DNA from: Saccostrea cucullata
Taxonomy: Eukaryota
Assembly: GCF_032062105.1 (NCBI RefSeq)
Contig: NW_026941020.1
Location: 1 to 64,000, forward strand
Direction: 5' to 3'
DNA: 64,000 nucleotides
The notes under the pieces were generated by a model that was not told the DNA's origin, made no database searches, and was given only the letters and a program-made list of their open reading frames with translations. A program made the position numbers and the translations under genes. Positions 1 to 13,846 of the stretch are shown piece by piece (within the stretch, counting starts at the first letter, position 1; the number at the start of each line of letters is the position of its first letter).

Positions 1-3000
1 CTGGTCAGGGGAAAACAGGTAATCAGTGACCATTATACTGGTCAGGGGAAAACAGGTAATCAGTGACCATTATACTGGTCAGGGGAAAACAGGTAATCAG
101 TGACCATTATACTGGTCAGGGGAAAACAGGTAATCAGTGACCATTATACTGGTCAGGGGAAAACAGGTAATCAGTGACCACTACACTGGTCAGGGGAAAA
201 CAGGTAATTAGTCACCACTATACTGGTCAGGGGAAAACAGGTAATCAGTGACCACTGTACTGGTCAGGGGAAAACAGGTAATCATACACCACTATACTGG
301 TCAGGGGAAAACAGGTAAACAGTCACCACTATACTGGTCAGGGGAAAACATGTAATCATACACCACTATACTGGTCAGGGGAAAACATGTAATCATACAC
401 CACTATACTGGTCAGGGGAAAACAGGTAATCATACACCAGTATACTGGTCAGGGGAAAACAGGTAAATAGTGACCACTATACTGGTCAGAGGAAAACAGG
501 TAATCAGTGACCACTATACTGGTCAGGGGAAAACAGGTAATCATACACCACTATACTGGTCAGGGGAAAACAGGTAATTAGTCACCACTATACTGGTCAG
601 GGGAAAACACAGTCACCACTATACTGGTCAGGGGAAAACAGGTAAATAGTTACCACTATACTGGTCAGGGGAAAACAGGTAATCAGTGACCACTATACTG
701 GTCAGGGGAAAACAGGTAAATAGTCACCACTATACTGGTCAGGGGAAAACAGGTAAATAGTCACCACTATACTGGTCAGGGGAAAACAGGTAAATAGTTA
801 CCACTATACTGGTCAGGGGAAAACAGGTAATCAGTGACCACTATACTGGTCAGGGGAAAACAGGTAATCAGTGACCACTATACTGGTCTGGGGAAAACAG
901 GTAATCAGTGACCACTATACTGGTCAGGGGAAAACAGGTAAATAGTTACCACTATACTGGTCAGGGGAAAACAGGTAAATAGTTACCACTATACTGGTCA
1001 GGGGAAAACAGGTAAATAGTCACCACTTTACTGGTCAGGGGAAAACAGGTAAATAGTTACCACTATACTGGTCAGGGGAAAACAGGTAATCAGTGACCAC
1101 TATACTGGTCAGGGGAAAACAGGTAATCAGTGACCACTATACTGGTCAGGGAAAACAGGTAATCAGTGACCACTATACTGGTCAGAGGAAAACAGGTAAA
1201 TAGTTACCACTATACTGGTCAGGGGAAAACAGGTAAATAGTTACCACTATACTGGTCAGGGGAAAACAGGTAATCAGTGACCACTGTACTGGTCAGGGGA
1301 AAACAGGTAATCATACACCACTATACTGGTCAGGGGAAAACAGGTAAACAGTCCCCACTATACTGGTCAGGGGAAAACATGTAATCATACACCACTATAC
1401 TGGTCAGGGGAAAACATGTAATCATACACCACTATACTGGTCAGGGGAAAACAGGTAATCAGTCACCACTATACTGGTCAGGGGAAAACAGGTAATTAGT
1501 CACCACTATACTGGTCAGGGGAAAACAGGTAATCATACACCACTATACTGGTCAGGGGAAAACATGTAATCATACACCACTATACTGGTCAGGGGAAAAC
1601 AGGTAATCATACACCAGTATACTGGTCAGGGGAAAACAGGTAAATAGTGACCACTATACTGGTCAGAGGAAAACAGGTAATCAGTGACCACTATACTGGT
1701 CAGGGGAAAAAAGGTAATCATACACCACTATACTGGTCAGGGGAAAACAGGTAATTAGTCACCACTATACTGGTCAGGGGAAAACAGGTAAACAGTCACC
1801 ACTATACTGGTCAGGGGAAAACAGGTAAATAGTTACCACTATACTGGTCAGGGGAAAACAGGTAATCAGTGACCACTATACTGGTCAGGGGAAAACAGGT
1901 AAATAGTCACCACTATACTGGTCAGGGGAAAACAGGTAAATAGTCACCACTATACTGGTCAGGGGAAAACAGGTAAATAGTTACCACTATACTGGTCAGG
2001 GGAAAACAGGTAATCAGTGACCACTATACTGGGGGGAAAACAGGTAATCAGTGACCACTATACTGGTCTGGGGAAAACAGGTAATCAGTGACCACTATAC
2101 TGGTCAGGGGAAAACAGGTAAATAGTTACCACTATACTGGTCAGGGGAAAACAGGTAAATAGTTACCACTATACTGGTCAGGGGAAAACAGGTAAATAGT
2201 CACCACTTTACTGGTCAGGGGAAAACAGGTAAATAGTTACCACTATACTGGTCAGGGGAAAACAGGTAATCAGTGACCACTATACTGGTCAGGGGAAAAC
2301 AGGTAATCAGTGACCACTATACTGGTCAGGGAAAAACAGGTAATCAGTGACCACTATACTGGTCAGAGGAAAACAGGTAAATAGTTACCACTATACTGGT
2401 CAGGGGAAAACAGGTAAATAGTTACCACTATACTGGTCAGGGGAAAACAGGTAATCAGTGACCACTGTACTGGTCAGGGGAAAACAGGTAATCATACACC
2501 ACTATACTGGTCAGGGGAAAACAGGTAAACAGTCACCACTATACTGGTCAGGGGAAAACATGTAATCATACACCACTATACTGGTCAGGGGAAAACATGT
2601 AATCATACACCACTATACTGGTCAGGGGAAAACAGGTAATCAGTCACCACTATACTGGTCAGGGGAAAACAGGTAAATAGTTACCACTATACTGGTCAGG
2701 GGAAAACAGGTAAATAGTTACCACTATACTGGTCAGGGGAAAAAAGGTAATTAGTCACCACTATATTGGTCAGTGGAAAACAGGTAAATAGTTACCACTA
2801 TACTGGTCAGGGGAAAACAGGTAATCAGTCACCACTACACTGGTCAGAGGAAAACAGGTAAATAGTTACCACTATACTGGTCAGGGGAAAACAGGTAAAT
2901 AGTTACCACTATACTGGTCAGGGGAAAACAGGTAAATAGTTACCACTATACTGGTCAGGGGAAAACAGGTAATCAGTCACCACTATACTGGTCAGGGGAA

Positions 3001-5290
3001 AACAGGTAAATAGTTACCACTATACTGGTCAGGGGAAAATAGGTAAATAGTTACAACTATACTGGTCAGGGGAAAAAATGTAATTAGTCACCACTATATT
3101 GGTCAGTGGAAAACAGGTAAATAGTTACCACTATACTGGTCAGGGGAAAACAGGTAATCAGTCACCACTATACTGGTCAGGGGAAAACAGGTAAATAGTC
3201 ACCACTATACTGGTCAGGGGAAAACAGGTAATCAGTCACCACTATACTGGTCAGGGGAAAACAGGTAAATAGTCACCACTATACTGGTCAGGGGAAAACA
3301 GGTAATCAGTCACCACCATACTGGTCAGGGGAAAACAGGTAAATAGTAACCACTATACTGGTCAGGGGAAAACAGGTAATCAGTGACCACTATACTGGTC
3401 AGGGGAAAACAGGTAAATAGTGACCACTATACTGGTCAGGGGAAAACAGGTAATCAGTCACCACTATACTGGTCAGGGGAAAACAGGTAAATAGTTACCA
3501 CTATACTGGTCAGGGGAAAACAGGTAAATAGTTACCACTATACTGGTCAGGGGAAAAAAGGTATTTAGTCACCACTATATTGGTCAGTGGAAAACAGATA
3601 AATAGTTACCACTATACTGGTCAGGGGAAAACAGGTAATCAGTCACCACTACACTGGTCAGGGGAAAACAGGTAAATAGTTACCACTATACTGGTCAGGG
3701 GAAAACAGGTAAATAGTTACCACTATACTGGTCAGGGGAAAACAGGTAATCAGTGACCACTATACTGGTCAGGGGAAAATAGGTAAATAGTGACCACTAT
3801 ACTGGTCAGGGAAAAACAGGTAATCAGTCACCACTATACTGGTCAGGGGAAAACAGGTAATCAGTCACCACTATACTGGTCAGGGGGAAACAGGTAAATA
3901 GTTACCACTATACTGGTCAGGGGAAAATAGGTAAATAGTTACCACTATACTGGTCAGGGGAAAAAAGGTAATTAGTCACCACTATATTGGTCAGTGGAAA
4001 ACAGGTAAATAATTACCACTATACTGGTCAGGGGAAAACAGGTAATCAGTCACCACTATACTGGTCAGGGGAAAACAGGTAAATAGTCACCACTATACTG
4101 GTCAGGGGAAAACAGGTAATCAGTCACCACTATACTGGTCAGGGGAAAACAGGTAAATAGTCACCACTATACTGGTCAGGGGAAAACAGGTAATCAGTGA
4201 CCACTAAACTGGTCAGGGGAAAACAGGAAAATAGTGACCACTATACTGGTCAGGGGAAAACAGGTAATCAGTGACCACTATACTGGTCAGGGGAAAACAG
4301 GTAAATAGTGACCACTATACTGGTCAGGGGAAAACAGGTAATCAGTCACCACTATACTGGTCAGGGGAAAACAGGTAAATAGTTACCACTATACTGGTCA
4401 GGGGAAAACAGGTAAATAGTTACCACTATACTGGTCAGGGGAAAAAAGGTAATTAGTCACCACTATATTGGTCAGTGGAAAACAGGTAAATAGTTACCAC
4501 TATACTGGTCAGGGGAAAACAGGTAATCAGTCACCACTACACTGGTCAGGGGAAAACAGGTAAATAGTTACCACTATACTGGTCAGGGGAAAACAGGTAA
4601 ATAGTCACCACTATACTGGTCAGGGGAAAACAGGTAATCAGTCACCACTATACTGGTCAGGGGAAAACAGGTAAATAGTCACCACTATACTGGTCAGGGG
4701 AAAACAGGTAATCAGTCACCACTATACTGGTCAGGGGAAAACAGGTAAATAGTTACCACTATACTGGTCAGGGGAAAACAGGTAATCAGTGACCACTATA
4801 CTGGTCAGGGGAAAACAGGTAATGACCACTATACTGGTCAGGGGAAAACAGGTAAATAGTTACCACTATACTGGTCAGGGGAAAACAGGTAAATAGTTAC
4901 CACTATACTGGTCAGGGGAAAAAAGGTAATTAGTCACCACTATATTGGTCAGTGGAAAACAGGTAAATAGTTACCACTATACTGGTCAGGGGAAAACAGG
5001 TAATCAGTCACCACTACACTGGTCAGGGGAAAACAGGTAAATAGTTACCACTATACTGGTCAGGGGAAAACAGGTAAATAGTTACCACTATACTGGTCAG
5101 GGGAAAAAAGGTAATTAGTCACCACTATATTGGTCAGGGGAAAACAGGTAATCATACACCACTATACTGGTCAGGGGAAAGCAGTCCCCAATATACTGGT
5201 CAGGGGAAAACAGGTAATCATACACCACTATACTGGTCAGGGGAAAGCAGTCCCCAATATACTGGTCAGGGGAAAACAGGTAATCAGTTG
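1..5290 (+). repeat. 37-bp tandem satellite (about 140 copies, runs off the window start) inside a PHKB intron
   Basis: Unit ACCACTATACTGGTCAGGGGAAAACAGGTAATCAGTG/C repeats continuously, and variant blocks recur at about 1180-bp spacing. Confidence 0.98.
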
Positions 5291-5379
5291 AAGGTCAGCC
5301 AACCATAAATAGGTAATCCAATCTAACAGTTTTAATCCATTGAACAGGTAAAGTTATCCATCCATGAACAGGTTATGCA

Positions 5380-5640
5380 ATGATAAAACAGATAATGAGG
5401 CATATGCAATCCAACCATGAACAGGGAATGAGGCATATGTAATCCAACCATGAACAGGGAATGAGGCATATGTAATCCAACCATGAACAGGGAATTTAGT
5501 CGGGCATAAGTAATCCAACCATGTATGATGAACAGGTAATGAGGCATATGTAATCCAACCATGAACAGGTAATGAAGCATATGTAATCCAACCATGAACA
5601 GGGAATGAGGCATATGTAATCCAACCATGAACAGGTAATA
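5380..5640 (+). repeat. 33-bp minisatellite
   Basis: Unit ATCCAACCATGAACAGG(G/T)AATGAGGCATATGTA, about 7 copies; it produces the spurious 11-aa-periodic ORFs in the track. Confidence 0.9.
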
Positions 5641-6501
5641 TTACTATGAATTGGTCATCCAACCAAACACAAGCAATTAAACCATTAACAAATCATGCAA
5701 GCATGAACAAGCAATCCAAACACAAAAGATAATTCAATCAGGCCAAGTAATCTAAGATGAGCAACTAAACCAAACATGAACAAGTAATGCTACCATGAAC
5801 AAGTTTAACCATCATGAGCAGGTTAATCTATTTATAAATAGGTAATAATACTCCTGTCCACCTCTGAAATTAGGGTCATATATTATTACTTTGTAATATA
5901 AATGCATATTTTTGGTGTGTAGGTGACTGTGTGGGGGTGTACAGAATTGTAATACATGTGTGTACTTCTTGTGTACTGCTAGGTCATTGTGGGGGTATAT
6001 GTGTGATATGTTTATTTACCTGTGTAGGTGACTGTGGGGGTGTATATGTGATATATACTGTAAATCTGGAATTTTTTACTGTAGATAAATTTTTAGCAAA
6101 TTTGCACGTGCATTGCATTCGCAAAAATATTTTTCTTAAAAATGAATTAACATGTAAAGAAATTTTTTTCTGAAAGTTGTGTCTTTTTTTAAGTCTGTGA
6201 ATAGGCGTCGGTAAGCACTGGTCATTATTAAAAAGAAATCTGTTTATTTAAGGAATCACTGTCTAGTTAGTATAGTATGCCAGGGCATCAACAATAGTGG
6301 GAAACATGAGATAATTTGCATAAATTATCCCACTGAAACTGAATCACTGAAACAAGAATAAAAATCTTAATAATATATCAAAATTTCATATAAATAGCAT
6401 TAGAAACAGAGGATTGGTGTCATTATTTTCATAGTATTGCTGGAATTGAGTTTAATGAAAATGACATCGTCAAACGTGTAACCGGCGCATGGAGATGTAA
6501 T

Positions 6502-7136
6502 CAGTCAGGGGCATAACTTAAACAAGTTATTTTCAAAAATAACTCAAATGAGTTATTTTTTTGTCTCAATGAGTTACTTCTCTTTGCTATGACCTACTTT
6601 TTCCAAAACTTAATAACTCAAACGCGTTATTTTTCCTAAATAGCTTCAATAAATAAATAACTTATTTAAGTTATTTTGTGTCATTCCTCCCTAACTTCAC
6701 ACCCCGTGCACCAAAGGATTTTGCTCGTGCACCAAGACAAAAACAAATGTTTGACTAAATATAAACCTTGCTCAATGCAGAAAAAGTGTTCAAAGTCTTG
6801 GGAAAAGTGGGGAATTTTTTTTATTTAATGATTAAAATTGGACATATACACCATGTGGATAAAACCACAAAATAAGGAGTAAAATGCTGTTTATCTCCAC
6901 CTCCTCACCAATTCTCCATTGGAGTCGGTGAACTCCATCTAGTATTACATAATGGAATCCCAAAATGCAATGCAAATTGGCAGGAAACACGAAATTTCCA
7001 AGAAATCAATGTCCAAGTAGAATATAAAAATAACTTAAGTTATTTTTCAAAAAAAAAATTGTGTGTGTGAAATAATGTAAAATAACTTATTTGAGTTATT
7101 TTTGAAAATAACTTGTTTGAGTTATGCCCCTGACTG
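6502..7136. mobile_element. MITE / non-autonomous DNA transposon
   Basis: About 58-bp TIRs CAGTCAGGGGCATAACT...AGTTATGCCCCTGACTG, flanked by the 5-bp direct repeat GTAAT. Confidence 0.85.
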
Positions 7137-7960
7137 GTAATAAATTGTGTTGGATATGGTTTGTATACATCAGAGATGGGAAAAAAGAGTACAGAAGTGA
7201 CATTACACACCAGATTTTAATAAAGAAGTTATTTTTAAATGGCACGATATTCAATAAGAGTTTTTCCTCTATACCGAAAATAGTTACGGCATGTAAGAAG
7301 TAGAGTACTGTTTGTTAAACGCAGACATTTGGGAACAATATGGACTGCGAACGATGTTAAACAATGCGTATTCTCTGCTGCCTACATTGTAAGGCGATCT
7401 TTCGACTAAATTTCGACTGAAATTTGAATCTGCCTTTAAAAAAAAACAAACAAACAAACGGACAGTAGTGAATTTAAGTCCCTTAGTCAAGAGTGGTCTA
7501 TCACTTTAAAAAATATTGAATGTTAATAGATGCGTGTGAAGCAGACAAAGAGATCATGACATTATAAGAGACGTAATTTACACTTGCTTTCATGAGCCGG
7601 TGGACACTTACATTCTTTCTTTATTTTTACATAATTTTCTTAATAGATGTGATATCATCATGAAACTTGAAATGCATGATCATAAAATGTTACTTTTTGC
7701 TATGACAAGGAAAGAAATTTAATTAAGCAAAGAGAAACTAAACTGTTTTCCCTGTCTACGACTTTTTGGGACAACCCTCGTACAATGTATGTTTTTATTT
7801 ACCTGGGTAGGTGACTGTGGAGATGTATGTGTGATATATACCATGTATGTTTTTATTTACCTGTGTAGGTGACTGTGGGGGTGTATGTGTAATACGTTTT
7901 TATTTACCTGTGTAGGTGACTGGGGATGTATGTGTAATATGTTTTTATTTACCTGTGTAG

Positions 7961-10121
7961 GTGACGGTGGGGGTGTACGGACATGAGGAGGAGGTGCTAG
8001 ATAAACCCGTCAGTCCAGGGTACCTCCAGGAACTCATCTTTAAGATCTGTCTGCCATACAACATACAGGAAGCTGTGATACAGCAGGAACTGATCCTGGG
8101 AATCGGCAAGTTGATCGCCACCACGCCAGATCTGTTTGACGGAATTTTGAAAATCAGAATAGGGTAAGGTGTTACAGGAATATTACAGGTGATAGAAACT
8201 TCGATCAAATCAGAACTAAAGCTGGATTCTAAAATCAATATGCATATTACAGTGTGAAAAAAAACTTACTTGTAAATCCAAAAATTTCTACTAAACTTAG
8301 TAAAATTAAGTAAGCTATTGATGATAGTGTTTCAGGCATCTTTTTTTATTGCCCAGTGTCTGAGAACCAATTTCAACCAAACTTTGGATGAAGAGAATTT
8401 ACAATCATGTAAAAGTTCAACATGTACATGATTTAAGTTCAGAATTTAGTCGTTAAATCACATAATACTAACATAGAGGACTTTGTAATTGTACAGTTGG
8501 TTTGTACTTTATGTTTGTGCAGTTGGTTTGTTCGTGCCATGAGATTTGAACTGGATTTGGATGAAGAAGGTCTTGAACTCCATGACCTTTCTCCTAACGA
8601 TATCAAGTGCATGCTTATCGCTGTCCTTGTGAGGAATATGGTAGACTCAGATATGAGAACACCCCTACAGAAGAGACAGCTGGACGGGGCCCTCAACAGG
8701 GTCCCTAAAGACTTCTACGACCGAGTGTGGTCCATCTTAGAGAAAACGCCGTATGGAATCAAAGTGGCAGGTTATCTCCTCCCACAGGTAGTAAACTTGT
8801 TTGTAATTTCTTAAGCTTTACGATAATTTAATTTCATTTACCTGTACTCTGCATTTTTGAGGATAATATATATAGTTATTATAAAAGCGTGTATTAAATT
8901 GGAACACTAACATTGAAATTGTCAAAATATCATGTTCCTTTTGCTCAAATTTTAGTGTTTCTTCTATTGGTTAAATAGTAAATACTTTCATTATTAAATC
9001 CTTTTCCGTGTTCTGACCTCTGTATTCCCTTTCCAGCAACCGACCCTGTCAGACATGACGATGTACGAGCTGAATTTCTCCCTTCTGGTGGAGCAAATGC
9101 TGAGTAAGATAGTGGACCCCGCGTACAGACAAATCATGGTGGAGGTGAGGAATAGAAACTGTATCAGTCTTGTTAAACATCGAGTCATTGTCAGAGATAC
9201 TGTAAATTTATTACATTACATTGAGTCATTGTCAGAGATAAAGTAAATGTATTACATTACATTGAGTCATTGTCAGAGATACTGTAAATGTATTACCGTG
9301 GTACATTTGGCAGTGTATTCTTTTTAGCGCTTTTGATGGAAAGATACTTCCACTAATTCAAAAACATCGCTAAATGTCTGAAATATTGATCATGAATAAG
9401 AACATCAAGAAATGCGCTAAATCAAATCTATGCTAACTCGTTTTAAAAATTATTCTCCGCTAAATTTCGAACACGCTAAATATAATACATTTACAGGTTG
9501 TCATTGAGTCTACTCATATAACTTCATTCCTTATATCCTAAACAACCTTTAGTAAGATACTTTTATTAACCAAGACTGACTGCATTTGAAAAATGTTAAA
9601 ACTCTTGGAAAAGGTTGAATGCTTTTAAAAGGAATAAAGTTTAGTTCTCAAGGAATTTCATATATTCATTTACTCATTAAAAAGTTGATCATTTTGCTTT
9701 CAGACATTTATGGTTGTGTCCACCATGTTAGAGAGGAACCCAGAGGCCACCTTTGATCAGGCGGTCAACATGGACAAGGTACGTCACCATGGTTACTGAT
9801 GGTATATAAAATATTCCTGTATTTCAAAAATCACTTTTAATTAAAGGTTTTGTATTAAATTATTGCTAAAAGCTTATAAGCTTGAAATTAATATTAAAAT
9901 AATTTGTCCTGTTACAGATCATAGCGGAAGCTTTTGAGGAGTTTCAGCGAGACCTCAGTAAGTCGGAGGGTCACGAGAAACAGGACGACATGACAAAGTT
10001 CTTCAACACACCCCCGAACGTCAGAAATGGGACCTCGAGGTACCTCACCAAGTCCGTCATTAATAACCTTCTGGACGGGGAAATGAAGTTTGTGTCAGAC
10101 GATATGTGCAGCGTCACTTAA
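7961..10121 (+). CDS. PHKB: Phosphorylase b kinase regulatory subunit beta, last five coding exons (7961-8163, 8523-8787, 9037-9144, 9704-9778, 9918-10121)
   Basis: The GT-AG exons join in frame. Peptides [42 protein letters not shown] and QDDMT match the PHKB C-terminus, which ends in the CAAX-like motif CSVT*. Confidence 0.93.
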
Positions 10122-11231
10122 ATCTGTGTGTGTTGCTCGAGATCTGAAAACTTAAGATTTCACCACAAGACAAATGTACTATTGCTTTCACATGGGCTTG
10201 TTTTATAACCCTGCTGCTGACACAGAAAGTGAAGCTGTGTACAAAATATTGCAACATTGTCCGTCATGAACAATCTTATAGATTATAAGATGTCACATGA
10301 TGTGTAATGTTTCCCAACAGCCTGTTTATTTGTCTGAGATCAGAGGAAGTTCCATTACTACAAATGTTTAGATGCTGCCCAGCCATTGTTGCTTTGATTA
10401 TTGTTAACTTTGCTGGAAACTATGGATATTTTCCACCAACTGCTTAGATATTCAGAGGAATGTTTAAAGTCAAATAAATAAAATCTTCAAGTGTGTACAT
10501 GTATAATGAGAACTTGTACAATTGATATTCAGTTGCATTCCTTAACAAGTGTAACATTGTTCTGGAAGAATTTGTGTATACAATGTACATTACAAATGAA
10601 TTTCCTTTTAAAACCAAAGCTTAATGTGTGATATTCTTTAAATAAAATTGTTTTTCTCTGAATGAGTTAAGTGAATCACTAGTAAATCTTTGTCACTAAA
10701 TGATATGAGAAAGTTTTATTTGTGGATTTATTACTATATTAAAGTAATTTTGTTATCTACATTATCTACAAAAGATGCAGTTTTCCATAGCAACACAATT
10801 TCAGATACTTTTACAGGACACTGTCTCCTTCTTTCTCAAATGTCCTCAAAACCTTGATTCATTCTCAAGTCAGACTAAAGAAGTTTTGTCTTATTTACAG
10901 AGACAGAAAACTAAAATGGTGAGAAACAACAGCCAGCAGATCATATATCGTTTTCAGTAGCCAAATTCAGTAGATATTTAGTCAATAGCCATAATCCGCA
11001 GATCATATTTAGTCAGTAAGACATAATTAGTCAGCAGATTTCACTCAACTGAACAAAGAACATGAAAATTTATAATTTCCTTCAGCAATGTAAAGTGCAG
11101 TATGTACAGTATATAAAACTGCATCACTTTTCAATCAGATTTTAAATAAAAAATAAAACTGTTTTTATCATGCATTTAATTCATAGTGAATATTCTAAAA
11201 TTGTGATATTTTTACAAATGCAAAGTACATG

Positions 11232-12150
11232 TACGAGGGGCGTTCAATAAATAATGTCATTGGAGCTCAGAAAGAAGCAAACGACGCTTTTCAATGATTT
11301 AGTCTTCATGATTTTACTTATAAATCTATTTTAATTCAAACACATGTCCGTAACATTTTTTATCCAATTTCTGATTGTTTTTAGAACTCATTTTTGGGTA
11401 CGACCCTTAGTATACTGGGCAATGGCAGATCCAATGATTTCCTAGACTTGTTTTTTCCTTCTGAAAGGTGTTTTATTCACGTTTGGAAATAGAAACAAGT
11501 CAAAAGGTCAAAGATCTGGCAAATATTGGTAATGTGAAAAAACATTAACTCTCTGTTTATCCCGCAAACCCCTTTACTCTTTAGGGCATGCAGGTTTAAG
11601 CGCTGTCATGAAGAAATTCAATGCAGTGGGTTCCTGATTCTGGGTCCTTTCTCTGATAAACCTTTCAATTTCTTTGCAAAAAAAACTGCTTTCTAGACAC
11701 CTCCATATATTAAACTGTCTCCCCGAATACGAATTTGAACAGTAATACCACAAATATTTAAGAAAAATGCATATAAATATGTTTTTGTGCTTTTGAATAC
11801 TTTTGCTCTTGACAGACCTTCGCCATTTTTATCAAGTACATCTTATGGTAAATTTTGTTTAAATGGTTTTGAGCAATAGATTCATATTTCAATAGCTGTT
11901 TGAATATAAAACAAACATGGATTACTACAATTACTGATATTTTAAAATAATTGTTAAGACTTTTGTACACGCTGTCGTTTCACTCATTTTTCAAAATACA
12001 GGGTGACCTTTGAGTACTAAGCTTAATTACTGTCAAACGATTCTTAAAAACAGTGTAAAATACTCCCGATATGATGTCTATCAAATTTGCTATGTGTCTT
12101 AAAGTAAATCATACAACATCAAATATTATTTGTTGAAATTTGGTAAACAG
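11232..12150 (-). mobile_element. Decayed Tc1/mariner element (right boundary approximate)
   Basis: Mariner-type end TACGAGGGGCGTTCAATAA at 11232. The minus strand near 11460-11610 carries frameshifted remnants resembling LHDNAPAH and YSPDLAPxDFxLF. Confidence 0.6.
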
Positions 12151-13846
12151 TACATAAGTTGCTATAATTTTTGTTGGCAAGGAGGGTACCCATTTTTGAT
12201 GCCCATTATATAATTTTAGATCTATGAAATCCACCTGCTAATTTGTCTATAAAACAGGCATCGGTTGCTGTAAATGTCACATATTTCAGTGGATATTTCT
12301 TTGGGATTTTTAACAAGTTTTACAGCAGCTTTAATGTAGCTTTTATTTTCACATTAGTTAACTGATTCTTTACCATTCATTTATAATGCAGTGACTCGAA
12401 TATCCCTTGTTTCCCAGCTTCTCACGATAAAACTATGTGATGAAAAGTTGTCACATAAACTGTTATAAATTCATTAAAGATTCAATTATGAGAGAAACTC
12501 AAGCTTTATGTGATATGACTACTATGTTGTATGTCATCGAGCTAATGACATTATTTATTGAACACCCCTCGTATAACAAACATATATATTCTAATCTCAC
12601 AATATGAAGGTAAAAAAAATCTTGATGCAAGTATCTCTTCCACACATCTACATATACATGGTATTTACTTGTATAAAGATGATGCCAATCATAAATTGAA
12701 CCAAAAGTTTGTCTGGAAATTTATTTCCACAGGAATTTACAAAATCAAAAGTAGGTGTCTCTAACTTTAGTAATACATAAGCTAACATTGGGAAAAATAC
12801 CACTCAGATATGAAAACTATTCCAGAGTGGAAAGTTTTCAAATTAAATAGCATACATCGGTTTGAATTTATAAAAGCAAATCGAATATAAAACACTGTAT
12901 ACAAACAAAATAATGAAGACTACATTGTAATTGGTAAACTAGAGATAACCCCATTGGTATTGTCACTTTCAGGTTGCAGTCAAAATGGGATCCAATCTAA
13001 ATATAACATCTAACACATTCAGCGTGTCATTTTGTAGATCACTAACTTTGACCAATTTAAAAAGTTGACCCACTTCTTTTCATGCAGGCATATTAACAGG
13101 AAGTGAAACATGCTTTAAGGTGGAATACATTTTATACAGTAGTAATTTATTTGTGCTCATGTCAACATTTATAGTATTTTCTTTTCTTTAATACATACAC
13201 TGAATGTAAAGACACTGTTTTCCAAATTACCTTATGGGTTGAAAGACAAAAATTTGACAGAAATTCACTAGTTGTTTATGTAGATCGTACAAAATGGTCT
13301 TGAAATCTTTTTCAAACAGTCTTAAAAACAATAAAATTCTTTTAAAAAGTAAATACAGAAACAAGAAACTTAGTCAAACAATTGCTTACTAGTACTATAA
13401 CAAAATATAAAACAAAACTTAAGATTTATAACAGATCGTCATTTACCAGACCTTAGGTCAGGAAAATGCTAAATATGGATATAAATCTATGGCACATAAA
13501 GCAAAGATCAGCCTACTCTAAACAAAACATAAAGCAAACAACAACCAAATTATACATATAAGTGAAATATATGTATCAATAAGTGTTTAAACATAATTGA
13601 AAAACTGTTCAGGGCTTTCTACAAAAACATTCCATTCAAAACAAACAAACAGATATTTGAATAACATTTGTGCATATTAAAGCAAGTCAAAATATTCATA
13701 ATGTATAAGTACATTGGATGCATATGTATGTGTTATTGGATTTTCTACATTATTACTGAATCATTTTCTATAGACATGTACCACTGCACTGATGTCCCTG
13801 TATTTTCTGAGTATGTCCCTATTGATAGTGTGGATGACCCCCGTCC

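Noticed and set aside
1-5290. CRISPR-like array (28-bp constant part plus short variable part)
   Set aside because: The variable part is only about 9 bp and drawn from a few recurring variants. There are no unique spacers and no cas genes, and the context is a eukaryotic intron.
5332-5662. Repetitive ORFs (MVGLHMPHSLF)n
   Set aside because: Artefact of a 33-bp minisatellite within an intron.
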